From Patescibacteria group bacterium (lineage in GTDB: Bacteria > Patescibacteriota > UBA1384 > DATEAH01), in NCBI GenBank assembly GCA_035288465.1, contig DATEAH010000006.1:27770-91769 (forward strand): a stretch of 64,000 nucleotides of DNA, given 5' to 3'. This document shows, piece after piece, positions 39,358-48,368 of the stretch. The notes under the pieces were generated by a model. The model did no database searches, was not told the DNA's origin, and saw only the letters and a program-made list of their open reading frames with translations. The position numbers and the translations under genes were made by a program. Every line of letters begins with the position of its first letter. Within the stretch, counting starts at the first letter, position 1.

Positions 39358-40704
39358 TTACATATAAAGCTTTTCTTTAATTAAAATGATTTCTTTATGA
39401 ATATTATGACCGGTCCTGATTTGTTTTTCGATTTTTTCACAACCGTACATAATTGTGGTGTGATCTTTTTTGCCGATTTTTATAGCAATCTGTGGATAAG
39501 AGTATTGTAATTCTTGTCTTAATAAATACATGGCGATTTGTCTAGGGATTACAATTTGTTTATTTCTTCTGGCACCGAGCAAATCTTCAACTTGAACATT
39601 ATAAAAACCTGCCACTGTATCCACAATCTTATCAAAAGATAAACTTTTATTTTTTGAAGAAATTGAATTGCCCAAAGCGGCCATGGCCACATCAACCGAG
39701 GGTTTGAGATTGTAAAATTGAACATGGGCAATTAATTTATTAAGCGCGCCTTCAAGTTCTCGGATATTTTGTTGGACATTGCGGGCAATAAAATCTGCGA
39801 CGTCTTCGGTAATTTCGAATTCCTTTTCCTGAGCCTTATTTTGTAAAATTGCTCTTCTCATTTCAAAATCTGGCGCTTGAATGTCGCAGGTCAAACCCCA
39901 TTCAAATCTAGACTTTAACCTATTTCCGAGAGTGGGAATTTCTTTGGGCGGCCGGTCAGAAGTGAGGATAATTTGTTTTTTGGCTTGGTGTAAAGCGTTA
40001 AAAGTATGGAAAAATTCTTCTTGGGTACCTTCTTTGCCAGCAATAAACTGAATATCATCAACTAACAAGGCATCGATTAAACGATATTTATTTTTAAATT
40101 GCTCGGCTTTGCCCCGGCCTTCTCGGACAGCCAAAATAAAATCATTGGTAAATTTTTCACAAGGTACATATAAAATTTTATAATCTGGATATCTTTTGGT
40201 AATTTCATTTTTAACAGCTTGAATTAAATGGGTTTTACCCAAACCAGAACCTCCCCAAATAAATAAAGGATTGTAGGTCAAGCCTGGTTTTTCTGCCACA
40301 GACAACGAGGCAGCATGAGCTAATTTATTACTATTGCCAACCACAAAGTTTCCAAAGGTATGATAATCAGCGCTCATTTTAGTTTCTTTGGCTTGGCTAA
40401 CCGGGCTTGGTTGAATCGCGTCTAATTTGATTTCAGGGATTTGGGTCTCATTCGATCTTTTTGAAGCAACTCTGTAATCTACGGTTTGAATTTGAGGCAT
40501 TAATTTTTTAAGTGCGGATAAAATTTCCAGATTATATTTTTTCTTAAGCCATTCAATGTAGAAATTGCTCGGTACGCCAATTACTGCACGATCATCATCA
40601 ATACTGTAAATAAAAGTATTTTTAAACCAGGTGCTAAAATTGGCCTTGGAAAGGTTTACTTCTAATTCACCGAGAACCGCCCTCCACATTGTATCTGGGT
40701 TCAT
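39358..40704 (-). CDS. dnaA: Chromosomal replication initiator DnaA
   Basis: YNPLFIWGGSGLGKTHL, LLVDDIQF, RELEGAL, KDHTTIMY. Confidence 0.98.
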   Translation of the reverse strand: MNPDTMWRAVLGELEVNLSKANFSTWFKNTFIYSIDDDRAVIGVPSNFYIEWLKKKYNLEILSALKKLMPQIQTVDYRVASKRSNETQIPEIKLDAIQPSPVSQAKETKMSADYHTFGNFVVGNSNKLAHAASLSVAEKPGLTYNPLFIWGGSGLGKTHLIQAVKNEITKRYPDYKILYVPCEKFTNDFILAVREGRGKAEQFKNKYRLIDALLVDDIQFIAGKEGTQEEFFHTFNALHQAKKQIILTSDRPPKEIPTLGNRLKSRFEWGLTCDIQAPDFEMRRAILQNKAQEKEFEITEDVADFIARNVQQNIRELEGALNKLIAHVQFYNLKPSVDVAMAALGNSISSKNKSLSFDKIVDTVAGFYNVQVEDLLGARRNKQIVIPRQIAMYLLRQELQYSYPQIAIKIGKKDHTTIMYGCEKIEKQIRTGHNIHKEIILIKEKLYM

Positions 40705-40781
40705 AAGCCTCCAAAAAAGAAATCCACAATTTCCATTTTAATGCTGTTAAATTTAGAGCTTATTGTTTTTGTTTTTGAAAT

Positions 40782-40830
40782 TTATCCACAGGACATTACT
40801 ACTTATACACATCTTAACAAATTTATCCAC
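40782..40830. promoter_or_regulatory. DnaA boxes upstream of dnaA (autoregulation or bipartite oriC)
   Basis: TTATCCACA 40782, TTATACACA 40803, TTATCCACA 40822. Confidence 0.8.
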
Positions 40831-40898
40831 AGGTGGCAAATTTATAGTCCTAATTATTTATTTAATCATTTTTTTGGTGTTTTTTGCAACCTTAAACC

Positions 40899-40927
40899 TT
40901 GACCCTGAATTCAAATCAGAGTATAAT
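40899..40927 (+). promoter_or_regulatory. Sigma70 promoter of the rpmH operon
   Basis: TTGACC-17nt-TATAAT. Confidence 0.7.
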
Positions 40928-40950
40928 TAAAGAGAAAGGATTGCCAGGCC

Positions 40951-41085
40951 ATGAAAAGAACATATCAGCCGAAAAAACGCAAACGCGCTAAAACCCACGG
41001 TTTCTTAGTTAGAATGAGAACCAGGGCTGGTCAAAATATTTTGAAAAGACGACGCCGCAAACTTCGAAAAAATTTAACCGTTTAA
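40951..41085 (+). CDS. rpmH: 50S ribosomal protein L34 (absent from the ORF track)
   Basis: Manual translation [44 protein letters not shown]. Confidence 0.96.
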   Translation: MKRTYQPKKRKRAKTHGFLVRMRTRAGQNILKRRRRKLRKNLTV

Positions 41086-41112
41086 AAATGGTAATTTTAA
41101 TTTAACCTAATT

Positions 41113-41457
41113 ATGTTACCCAAAGCAAATCGCCTTCGAAGAAATCGAGATTTTAGAAAAATATATCAAAAAAGTCGGAAATTTCGGGCAGATTTTTTTA
41201 TTATCCGATACTTACCTAATAATTTGCCAGATTCAAGAATCGGAATTGTAATTTCCGCGAAAGCGGTTAAAAAAGCGGTCCGTCGAAATTTACTGAAACG
41301 AAAAATATCTGAAATTATCAGGCTTAATCTTAATAAAATTAAACCTGGTTTAGATATTATTATTTCAGTTTTTCAGATGCCTGAAGATTTATCATCATCA
41401 ACCCTGACCCAGACAGTGATTAAAAATTTGGCATTAGCTAAAATAATTAATGATTAA
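41113..41457 (+). CDS. rnpA: Ribonuclease P protein component
   Basis: [28 protein letters not shown]. Confidence 0.93.
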   Translation: MLPKANRLRRNRDFRKIYQKSRKFRADFFIIRYLPNNLPDSRIGIVISAKAVKKAVRRNLLKRKISEIIRLNLNKIKPGLDIIISVFQMPEDLSSSTLTQTVIKNLALAKIIND

Positions 41458-41686
41458 AAAAATTGCTTTACAATTAATAATTTGGTATCAAAAAACCCTT
41501 TCTCTGGATCATGGCCCATTCAATATTTTATACTCCGAAGGTTTTTGTCGTTTTAAGCCTACCTGTTCACAATATACATATTCGACAATCGAAAAATATG
41601 GGGTGATTAGGGGTGGCGCTAAAGGTTTGTGGCGGATAATGCGCTGCAACCCATGGAGCAAGGGTGGTTGGGATCCAGTTAAATAG
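41450..41686 (+). CDS. yidD: Membrane protein insertion efficiency factor YidD
   Basis: [25 protein letters not shown]. Confidence 0.94.
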   Translation: MIKKIALQLIIWYQKTLSLDHGPFNILYSEGFCRFKPTCSQYTYSTIEKYGVIRGGAKGLWRIMRCNPWSKGGWDPVK

Positions 41687-41716
41687 TAATAAAATAAATG
41701 AATCAAAAGGAATAAT

Positions 41717-42460
41717 ATGAGTTCAATTTGGCATGAGGTTTTATATCGTCCCTTGTTCAATGTTTTAATATTAATTTATCATTATTTGCCAGACATTGGG
41801 GTGGCGATTATTATTTTAACGATCATTATTCGTTTGATTTTGTATCCTTCCCAATCCAAGGCTTTGCGTGCAGCTAAGAAAATGCGCGATCTCCAGCCTG
41901 AAATTAATAAGATTCAAGAGAAATACAAGCACGACAAACAAAAGCAATCTAAAGCGATGATGGAATTTTGGCAAACCCACCGTGTTAACCCCCTATCAAG
42001 CTGTTTGGGACAAATCATCCAGATTCCAATTTTGATCGCCCTGTATCAAGTTTTTAGTACTGGTTTGGATATTTCAAGGCTAACAGAATTATATTCATTT
42101 ATTCCCAAACCCACCACCATTGATCCAACCCTTTTTGGTTTAATTAATTTGGCTGAGCCAAATCGTTATATTTTACCAGTAATTGCTGGTATTGCCCAAT
42201 TTTTCCAGATGAAAATTATGATGCCGCCTGCCCTGCCCAGCCCAGCAAGTGCGAAAAAATCAAACCTTCCCAACACTCAGGAAATGATATCCAAACAAAT
42301 GATTTATTTTATGCCAGTGATGATTGTTTTCTTTGCCGCCAGCTTGCCGGCCGCCCTGCCTTTATACTGGATTGTGATTTCGATTATTGCCATTATCCAG
42401 CAAGTTTTAATTAATCGTGAAACCACCCAGAAAAAAGTGACAGTAAGGATTAAAAAATAA
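41717..42460 (+). CDS. yidC: YidC/Oxa1 membrane insertase
   Basis: AIIILTIIIRLILYP, LQPEINKIQEKYK, QIPILIALY, LYW. Confidence 0.94.
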   Translation: MSSIWHEVLYRPLFNVLILIYHYLPDIGVAIIILTIIIRLILYPSQSKALRAAKKMRDLQPEINKIQEKYKHDKQKQSKAMMEFWQTHRVNPLSSCLGQIIQIPILIALYQVFSTGLDISRLTELYSFIPKPTTIDPTLFGLINLAEPNRYILPVIAGIAQFFQMKIMMPPALPSPASAKKSNLPNTQEMISKQMIYFMPVMIVFFAASLPAALPLYWIVISIIAIIQQVLINRETTQKKVTVRIKK

Positions 42461-42928
42461 ATGACTAATAAAGATGATAAATTAGGACAAATTAAACAAA
42501 TTACCTTAGATCTATTTGGTGGCTTGGGTTGGCAGGTTGAACCTGAGATTGAAATTACAGATAAAATAATTTTTGTTAAAATAGAAGCTGATCAACCCTC
42601 GTTATTAATTGGAAAAGAGGGAGAAACCTTAGCTTCTTTACAGCACATTTTGCGGTTAATGGTAAATCGCCAATTAGATGAATTTGTCCATTTAGTACTC
42701 GACATTTCAAATTATAAAAGCCGACAGCAGCTAATATTGGAGCAAGTTGGTGTCGAAAAAGCCAATTTTGTTAAAAAAACCGGCAAAAAAATTGTGTTAT
42801 CACCAATGAATAGCTACGAACGTCGAATTGTTCATTTAGCGATTAAAAAAATTGACGGAATCTCCTCGGAAAGCATCAATGAAGAGGGTGGACGCCGGAT
42901 TGTGATTAAACCGGTTGTTAAAGACTAA
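42461..42928 (+). CDS. jag: Jag/EloR-like KH-R3H RNA-binding protein
   Basis: LIGKEGETLASLQ (KH), PMNSYERRIVH (R3H). Confidence 0.88.
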   Translation: MTNKDDKLGQIKQITLDLFGGLGWQVEPEIEITDKIIFVKIEADQPSLLIGKEGETLASLQHILRLMVNRQLDEFVHLVLDISNYKSRQQLILEQVGVEKANFVKKTGKKIVLSPMNSYERRIVHLAIKKIDGISSESINEEGGRRIVIKPVVKD

Positions 42929-42951
42929 TTTACGCTTGTTAATTTGTCGAT

Positions 42952-43041
42952 GGAAGGGTGTCTGAGTGGTTTAAAGAGCTGGTCTCGAAAACCAGTGGGC
43001 TCGTAAGGGTCTCGTGGGTTCGAATCCCACCCCTTCCGCCA
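42952..43041 (+). tRNA. tRNA-Ser(CGA)
   Basis: GGAAGGG acceptor, ctggt-CT-CGA-AA-accag anticodon arm, long variable arm, GTTCGAATC, encoded CCA. Confidence 0.95.
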
Positions 43042-43193
43042 CAGCGAAGTCTCCAACCATTATTGGGGTTTTCGCTGTGGCGAGGGAGTGTTGAGAACCC
43101 GCAGGCGAAAAATTAATATTAAAAATGAAGTGATATTTGGATAATGACCTTAAAAGCTAAAAACCGAAATTGCATTGAGACGGGCTTTAGCCC

Positions 43194-43213
43194 TTCGAAT
43201 CCCACCCCTTCCG
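43194..43213 (+). repeat. Direct repeat of the tRNA-Ser(CGA) 3' end (att-like)
   Basis: TTCGAATCCCACCCCTTCCG identical to 43019-43038. Confidence 0.8.
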
Positions 43214-43337
43214 TTTTGTGCGGGACAAATCCTCTCTCCACCGCCAATTGGTGATATAATAAAAATAGTAAACAATTAATATTTATGCGTGTAATTTATT
43301 TATTGTTGGTCGTTATCTGCTAACCGTTAATTGATAA

Positions 43338-43451
43338 GCCCGCCTAAGTTTAGTGTTCGCCTTTTGGGAACTATTCGTTCACGGCTTACGCCGCACTTTA
43401 GCGACGGGCTGCACAACCTATTTGATAATAAATAATAGAGTGCAGGAGGGG
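43338..43451 (+). promoter_or_regulatory. Conserved structured 5' leader, copy C
   Basis: GCCCGCC..TTCGCCTTT..CACGGC..GACGGGC TGCACAACC..GAGTGCA GGAGGGG. Confidence 0.7.
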
Positions 43452-45172
43452 TGTTGGACTCAAAAAATCAAAACAATCAGTTGCCATATGATTCGGCTTC
43501 ATCGTCCCCAAAACCTGCACCCAAGGCTGGGCTTGAGCGGGTTTTTTCTGAATATATTAAAGATCAACAAGAAACCGCCACCGAAAATCGAGCTAAGAGT
43601 TTCGGCCTTTCCTATATTAACCTAATTGGTTATCCGATAAGCAATCAAACTATGCAATTAATTCCCGAAGAAATTGCCCAAAAATATCGAGTCGTCGCCT
43701 TTATGAAAGCTGAGGGGCAATTACGAGTCGCTTGCCAAGATCCAGAAAACGAACAGATGAAAATTGAATTAGCCCAAGTTGCGAAAAATTTAGACTTACA
43801 AATAATTTATACCTTGACTTCAAAAAATAGCCTAGATTATGCTTTAAAAAATTACCAATTTATTCCCAAACTCACGACGAGTGAAATTAAAGTTTCGCAG
43901 GCAGAGGAAAAAGATTTTGCCAAAGAGATTAAAAACCTTTCTGATTTGAAGGAAAAAATTAGCCAGGTGCCGATAACTAAGATTTTTGAAATTATATTAA
44001 CTGGAGCGATTAAATCTAAAGCTTCTGATGTTCATGTTGAGCCTGGGCAAAATGGCATGAAAATGCGTTACCGAATTGATGGAGTTTTGCAGGACGTGGT
44101 GAGTTTGCCTACCGAAGTTTATCGGGCTTTGTTATCTCGAGTAAAATATTTAGCCAAAATGAAGCTGGACATTAATAATAAACCGCAAAATGGCCGTTTT
44201 TCAATTACAGCCCTAGACGTGCCCATTGATTTAAGGGTTTCAACCTTGCCCACGATTTATGGCGAAAATGTGGTGATGAGACTTTTGGAGCACGGGAAAG
44301 GATTTTTGAGTTTGGAACAGCTTGATTTTTCCCCTGAAATTAAAAAGATGGTGGCTGAGGCGATTAAAAAACCATCAGGGATGATATTGAACACTGGGCC
44401 AACCGGTTCTGGCAAAACCACGACGCTTTATGCAATTTTAGAGACCTTGAATAAGCCCGGAGTAAAAATAATTACTTTGGAAGATCCGGTTGAATATCGT
44501 TTGCCGGGAATTAATCAGACTCAAGTGAATGTGGAGTTGGGCTTGGATTTTGCCAGCGGTTTGAAATCAGCTTTAAGGCAAGATCCAGACGTGCTGATGG
44601 TGGGTGAAATTCGCGATTTAGAAACCGCCGAAATCGCTTTGCAAGCGGCAATGACTGGACATTTGGTGCTATCAACCTTGCATACCAATAACGCGCCAAC
44701 CGCGATGCCTCGCTTGATTGATTTGGGCATTAAACCCTTTTTATTGCCCGGATCTGTGGATTTGGTAATGGCGCAGCGCTTGGTGAGAAAAATTTGTAAA
44801 AAATGCAAAGAAGAATATAAACCCACAGCTGAAGTAATGGAAAAGATTAAAAAAGCGCTCACAAGGATTAATCCGTCTCCTGTTAAGGCTGGAGCCGAGA
44901 CAGGTACAAAAATCCCCTCCAAACTTTTCAGGGGGAGGGGATGTCCTGTTTGCAATCAGACTGGTTATATGGGTAGAACGCCGATTGCCGAAGGCTTAAA
45001 ACCTAATGCAAAAATTGAAAAATTAGTGATTAATCGGGCGACCATATCAGAACTATATCGAACCGCAGTTGAATTAGGAATGGTTACTATGGAACAAGAC
45101 GGATTGCGAAAAGCTTTGGCGGGCGTAACTACAATTGAAGAAGTCTGGCGAGTTACCGCGAGTGAGACATAA
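43451..45172 (+). CDS. pilB: GspE/PilB-family pilus assembly ATPase
   Basis: ASDVHVEP, RYRIDG, TGPTGSGKTTT, LRQDPDVLMVGEIRD, STLHTN, CxxC pairs. Confidence 0.92.
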   Translation: MLDSKNQNNQLPYDSASSSPKPAPKAGLERVFSEYIKDQQETATENRAKSFGLSYINLIGYPISNQTMQLIPEEIAQKYRVVAFMKAEGQLRVACQDPENEQMKIELAQVAKNLDLQIIYTLTSKNSLDYALKNYQFIPKLTTSEIKVSQAEEKDFAKEIKNLSDLKEKISQVPITKIFEIILTGAIKSKASDVHVEPGQNGMKMRYRIDGVLQDVVSLPTEVYRALLSRVKYLAKMKLDINNKPQNGRFSITALDVPIDLRVSTLPTIYGENVVMRLLEHGKGFLSLEQLDFSPEIKKMVAEAIKKPSGMILNTGPTGSGKTTTLYAILETLNKPGVKIITLEDPVEYRLPGINQTQVNVELGLDFASGLKSALRQDPDVLMVGEIRDLETAEIALQAAMTGHLVLSTLHTNNAPTAMPRLIDLGIKPFLLPGSVDLVMAQRLVRKICKKCKEEYKPTAEVMEKIKKALTRINPSPVKAGAETGTKIPSKLFRGRGCPVCNQTGYMGRTPIAEGLKPNAKIEKLVINRATISELYRTAVELGMVTMEQDGLRKALAGVTTIEEVWRVTASET

Positions 45173-45176
45173 TCAA

Positions 45177-45563
45177 TTAAGTCAAAAACCTTGAAAAAAC
45201 AAAGGTGATAATTAAATAAGATGCAAAAATTACCACCAAACCGATAATCGCATTTAGTATGCCAGTGCGAGCTTCGGTAGCCGTCTCAGCATTGCCCCCA
45301 GCCGTGATGTACTTGTAACCAGCTAAAATCAAATAGATTAATGCAACTACACCAGCCGCTATCAGAAGGAGACGAATAGCATTACTAACTATACTTTGAA
45401 GGCTTCCTCTGAAAAATTCTCCCCGTGGAACCCAATTTTTCCATGCTTCAGAGGCACCGGAAGTAGGAACTGGAACAATGTCGGCTGAGGCGCTTGCCGG
45501 AGTCAACAACAGCAAAGAGGTGGCGAAAAGATACTGAATGATTTTTGAAAAAAACTTTTTCAT
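45177..45563 (-). CDS. VirB2/TrbC-like pilin (CPR type)
   Basis: Signal peptide; LILAGYKYITAGGNAE...A..ILNAIIGLVVIFASY. Confidence 0.85.
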   Translation of the reverse strand: MKKFFSKIIQYLFATSLLLLTPASASADIVPVPTSGASEAWKNWVPRGEFFRGSLQSIVSNAIRLLLIAAGVVALIYLILAGYKYITAGGNAETATEARTGILNAIIGLVVIFASYLIITFVFSRFLT

Positions 45564-45601
45564 TTTCCTCTCCTTAATTTAAATAATCAGTTATTAATTA
45601 T

Positions 45602-45629
45602 ATTGTAAGATGATTATTTTTTTTGTCAA
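45602..45629 (-). promoter_or_regulatory. Internal promoter for the last pilin gene
   Basis: TTGACA-16nt-TACAAT on the minus strand. Confidence 0.5.
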
Positions 45630-45649
45630 TTTTTAGTCTTAATTAAAAT

Positions 45650-46006
45650 TTACGGCGCCTGTGGCGGTAAACCACCAATAATCGAACCCCAAGCAAAATT
45701 AATAATTGCCAGCGCTGCAAAACAAATCACCAAACCAATTACTGCCCATAAAATGGTGCTTTTCGCCTGAGCGATTGCATCTGGATTGCCGGCAGAAATG
45801 ATATATTTATATCCGCCGATAATAATATAAATAATCGCAATTGCACCAGCGAGGGTTAAAGCAACATTAATGACATTGCCAATCAAATAAACCACATCCC
45901 ATAAATCATATTCAGTACCACTACCGCCAGCATGGGGAGCTTGAAGAATTGGAAACATGGCAATTTTTGTAGATTGAATTGTCGCAAAAGTTATTAAACT
46001 ATTCAT
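45650..46006 (-). CDS. VirB2/TrbC-like pilin
   Basis: IIGGYKYIISAGNPDAIAQAKSTILWAVIGL. Confidence 0.85.
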   Translation of the reverse strand: MNSLITFATIQSTKIAMFPILQAPHAGGSGTEYDLWDVVYLIGNVINVALTLAGAIAIIYIIIGGYKYIISAGNPDAIAQAKSTILWAVIGLVICFAALAIINFAWGSIIGGLPPQAP

Positions 46007-46008
46007 AA

Positions 46009-46602
46009 TTATTTCAAAATAAAATTAACAATTAAATATGACGAAAAAGCAATAATTATTCCGATGACCGCGCCTAAAATGGCATTTTTACCTTTATTGG
46101 CAATTTCGGGATTTCCAGCCGAAGTGATGTATAAATAACCACCATAAATTAAGACCACGGTTGCGACTACGCCAATTAAAACCAAGAGAATTGTAATAAT
46201 ATTCTGTACCACATCCTCCCATCTTCCTGGAGCATAATTGGGAATATTAATTGGCTCTAAGGGCTCTGAGTCTGATTGGGCTTGGGGAACCGTACCTCCA
46301 ACGTTTGGATTTTGTTTGAGCCAATCGTTGAAAACATCTTCAAAATACCAACCAGTTGGCAATTCAGCAGTGCCGCTTGAGCGGTAAAAAACTTTTTTAC
46401 CATCGTACATTCCATATGGAATGGTAGTTTTGTCTGGCTGAGGTTGTTTCCATTGATCGGTTACTTTGGGGTCATTGGCATCGGTTGAAACCGGCACAGG
46501 TTTTATTGCTATATCAGCTAAGGCTGGTGTCGAAATTACAAAAAAGATTCCTAAAATCAAAACCGCCCAAATTGTAAAAATATATTTTTTAAATACCATC
46601 AT
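46009..46602 (-). CDS. VirB2/TrbC-like pilin with N-terminal extension
   Basis: IYGGYLYITSAGNPEIANKGKNAILGAVIGI. Confidence 0.85.
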   Translation of the reverse strand: MMVFKKYIFTIWAVLILGIFFVISTPALADIAIKPVPVSTDANDPKVTDQWKQPQPDKTTIPYGMYDGKKVFYRSSGTAELPTGWYFEDVFNDWLKQNPNVGGTVPQAQSDSEPLEPINIPNYAPGRWEDVVQNIITILLVLIGVVATVVLIYGGYLYITSAGNPEIANKGKNAILGAVIGIIIAFSSYLIVNFILK

Positions 46603-46609
46603 ATTTTCC

Positions 46610-46915
46610 TTATTGTACCAAGTTCCCGCTTATTGAGGAAAGAATTAAATAACCTAAGCCCAAAACCAACAAACTGATAATTGTCCCGAAAATAATATCT
46701 TTGGCTTCGGTTAAGGCGTCTGGATTACCCTGACTACTCATATATTTATAGCCAGCATAAATTAACATTAAAATTGCCAGTCCGACCGCTAAATAACTCA
46801 CAAATTCATAAATACAGCCAATATATACACTTAAAACCACATCCATGCCTTGTTCGCAAAGACCACCTCGGGTTGGAATGGTGACGCCAATTACAGCTGG
46901 CAAAAAAGTATACAT
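46610..46915 (-). CDS. VirB2/TrbC-like pilin
   Basis: IYAGYKYMSSQGNPDALTEAKDII. Confidence 0.85.
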   Translation of the reverse strand: MYTFLPAVIGVTIPTRGGLCEQGMDVVLSVYIGCIYEFVSYLAVGLAILMLIYAGYKYMSSQGNPDALTEAKDIIFGTIISLLVLGLGYLILSSISGNLVQ

Positions 46916-46939
46916 AATTTTCCTTTGTTGAAAAATTTA

Positions 46940-48346
46940 TTATGGAGCGTCAGTTTCTTTATTGGCCCACAGGGTTTTGATATTTTCCACGGCCGCATCA
47001 ATGGCTTTTTGTGCAGGTTGTGATTTAGCAGTAACCGCGGTAATCATACTATTAAAAATTTGATCAATTTTATTTGGCGCCTGCCCCTTGTACCAGCTCT
47101 GGGCAGTAGAAATTTGGTTTTTAAACACTGAAATATCAACATCGCCAAGATACTCTGAAACCAAATCAAGCCTCGAGGTTGGCCGGCCAGTAATTTCTAG
47201 ATATTTATATTGAATCATATTATCTTTGTCGGTAGCAAATTTTAGAAAATCCCAAGCCACAACCGAATTTTGAGAATTTTTTGAAACCACATTTGGCCAA
47301 TAACTGGCATAATTTATTCTATTATCCGATCCTTTGACTTGTGGGATTGGTGCAAAATCATATTCTAAATCTGGGGCAGAATTTTTGATTTGTTTAATTT
47401 GATAGGAATAATTGATCATCATCGCGGTTTTATTAGCGATAAAAGCTTCAGTGGAAGTAGCTTGGGAAGCATTCCAAGAATATGTTTCTTTAGCGGGTTT
47501 GGCAAAACTGGTGTAAAAATCTAAAGCCGAGGTGCCAGGATAATAGATTTGGTCATTGCTTTTTTCAATTGATAAATTAAGGGTTGGGGTGTTTTTATCT
47601 TCAGAAACCATTTTGGTACCATTTTGGAGCATTAATAACGATAAAATATCTTGTGAAGCCTCAACATTATTTGAGGTACCTAAGGCAATGCCGGACTGGG
47701 CAATATTGGTACCATTTTTTGCGGTTAGTTTTTTAATTTGACCAATTAAATCTGTCCAATTTTCAGCCACCTTATCAATTCTTAATTTGTCGATTTGGTC
47801 TGAGGAAAGGTCTGCTTGTCGGCCCACAGAATAATTATAATTACCAATTAGGGTTTTATTGTAATATAAACCCAGAGTGTCGACATAAAAAGGAATCCCC
47901 CAAATTCGATTATCAGCAATTAAGTCTTGAGCTGCAACTGGCGCAAAGATTTTTTTGTAATCATCTGTAGACATATAATCTTCGGGCATGGGACTAAGTT
48001 TGTCTTCGTGTTTGGTCAGCCAATCATTTTTAATTTGGAATAAATCTGGACCTGAGCCGTTGGCAATAGCATTAATTAATTCGGTTTCATACCCTGAGGG
48101 ATTTTTTTTGACTAAATTAATAGTGGCATTGTCATGAGCTTGTTTATATGCCTGAACAGTTGGCGTGAGAGCAGCTTCGTCGTCGTATAAATACCACCAG
48201 GTTAGCGTGACTGGGCCTGAAGGGTAGGCGGTTTTTGAGGTGTTGGTAGGTTGGTCTGAGCCCTTTTTAAAAACAACCGCGACCACAATTAAAATCACGA
48301 TTAATAAAAAAATAATTATGCCGCCGATAATGAGTCCTTTTTTCAA
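46940..48346 (-). CDS. Extracellular solute-binding protein (sugar-binding family 1-like), TM anchored
   Basis: LTWW, GPDLFQI, GIPFYVDTLGLYYNK, AWDFLKF. Confidence 0.85.
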   Translation of the reverse strand: MKKGLIIGGIIIFLLIVILIVVAVVFKKGSDQPTNTSKTAYPSGPVTLTWWYLYDDEAALTPTVQAYKQAHDNATINLVKKNPSGYETELINAIANGSGPDLFQIKNDWLTKHEDKLSPMPEDYMSTDDYKKIFAPVAAQDLIADNRIWGIPFYVDTLGLYYNKTLIGNYNYSVGRQADLSSDQIDKLRIDKVAENWTDLIGQIKKLTAKNGTNIAQSGIALGTSNNVEASQDILSLLMLQNGTKMVSEDKNTPTLNLSIEKSNDQIYYPGTSALDFYTSFAKPAKETYSWNASQATSTEAFIANKTAMMINYSYQIKQIKNSAPDLEYDFAPIPQVKGSDNRINYASYWPNVVSKNSQNSVVAWDFLKFATDKDNMIQYKYLEITGRPTSRLDLVSEYLGDVDISVFKNQISTAQSWYKGQAPNKIDQIFNSMITAVTAKSQPAQKAIDAAVENIKTLWANKETDAP

Positions 48347-48348
48347 AT

Positions 48349-48367
48349 CCCCTCCTGCACTCCATAA
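48349..48367 (-). promoter_or_regulatory. Partial leader copy D (3' end only)
   Basis: TTATGGAGTGCAGGAGGGG identical to 3420-3438. Confidence 0.7.
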
Positions 48368-48368
48368 T

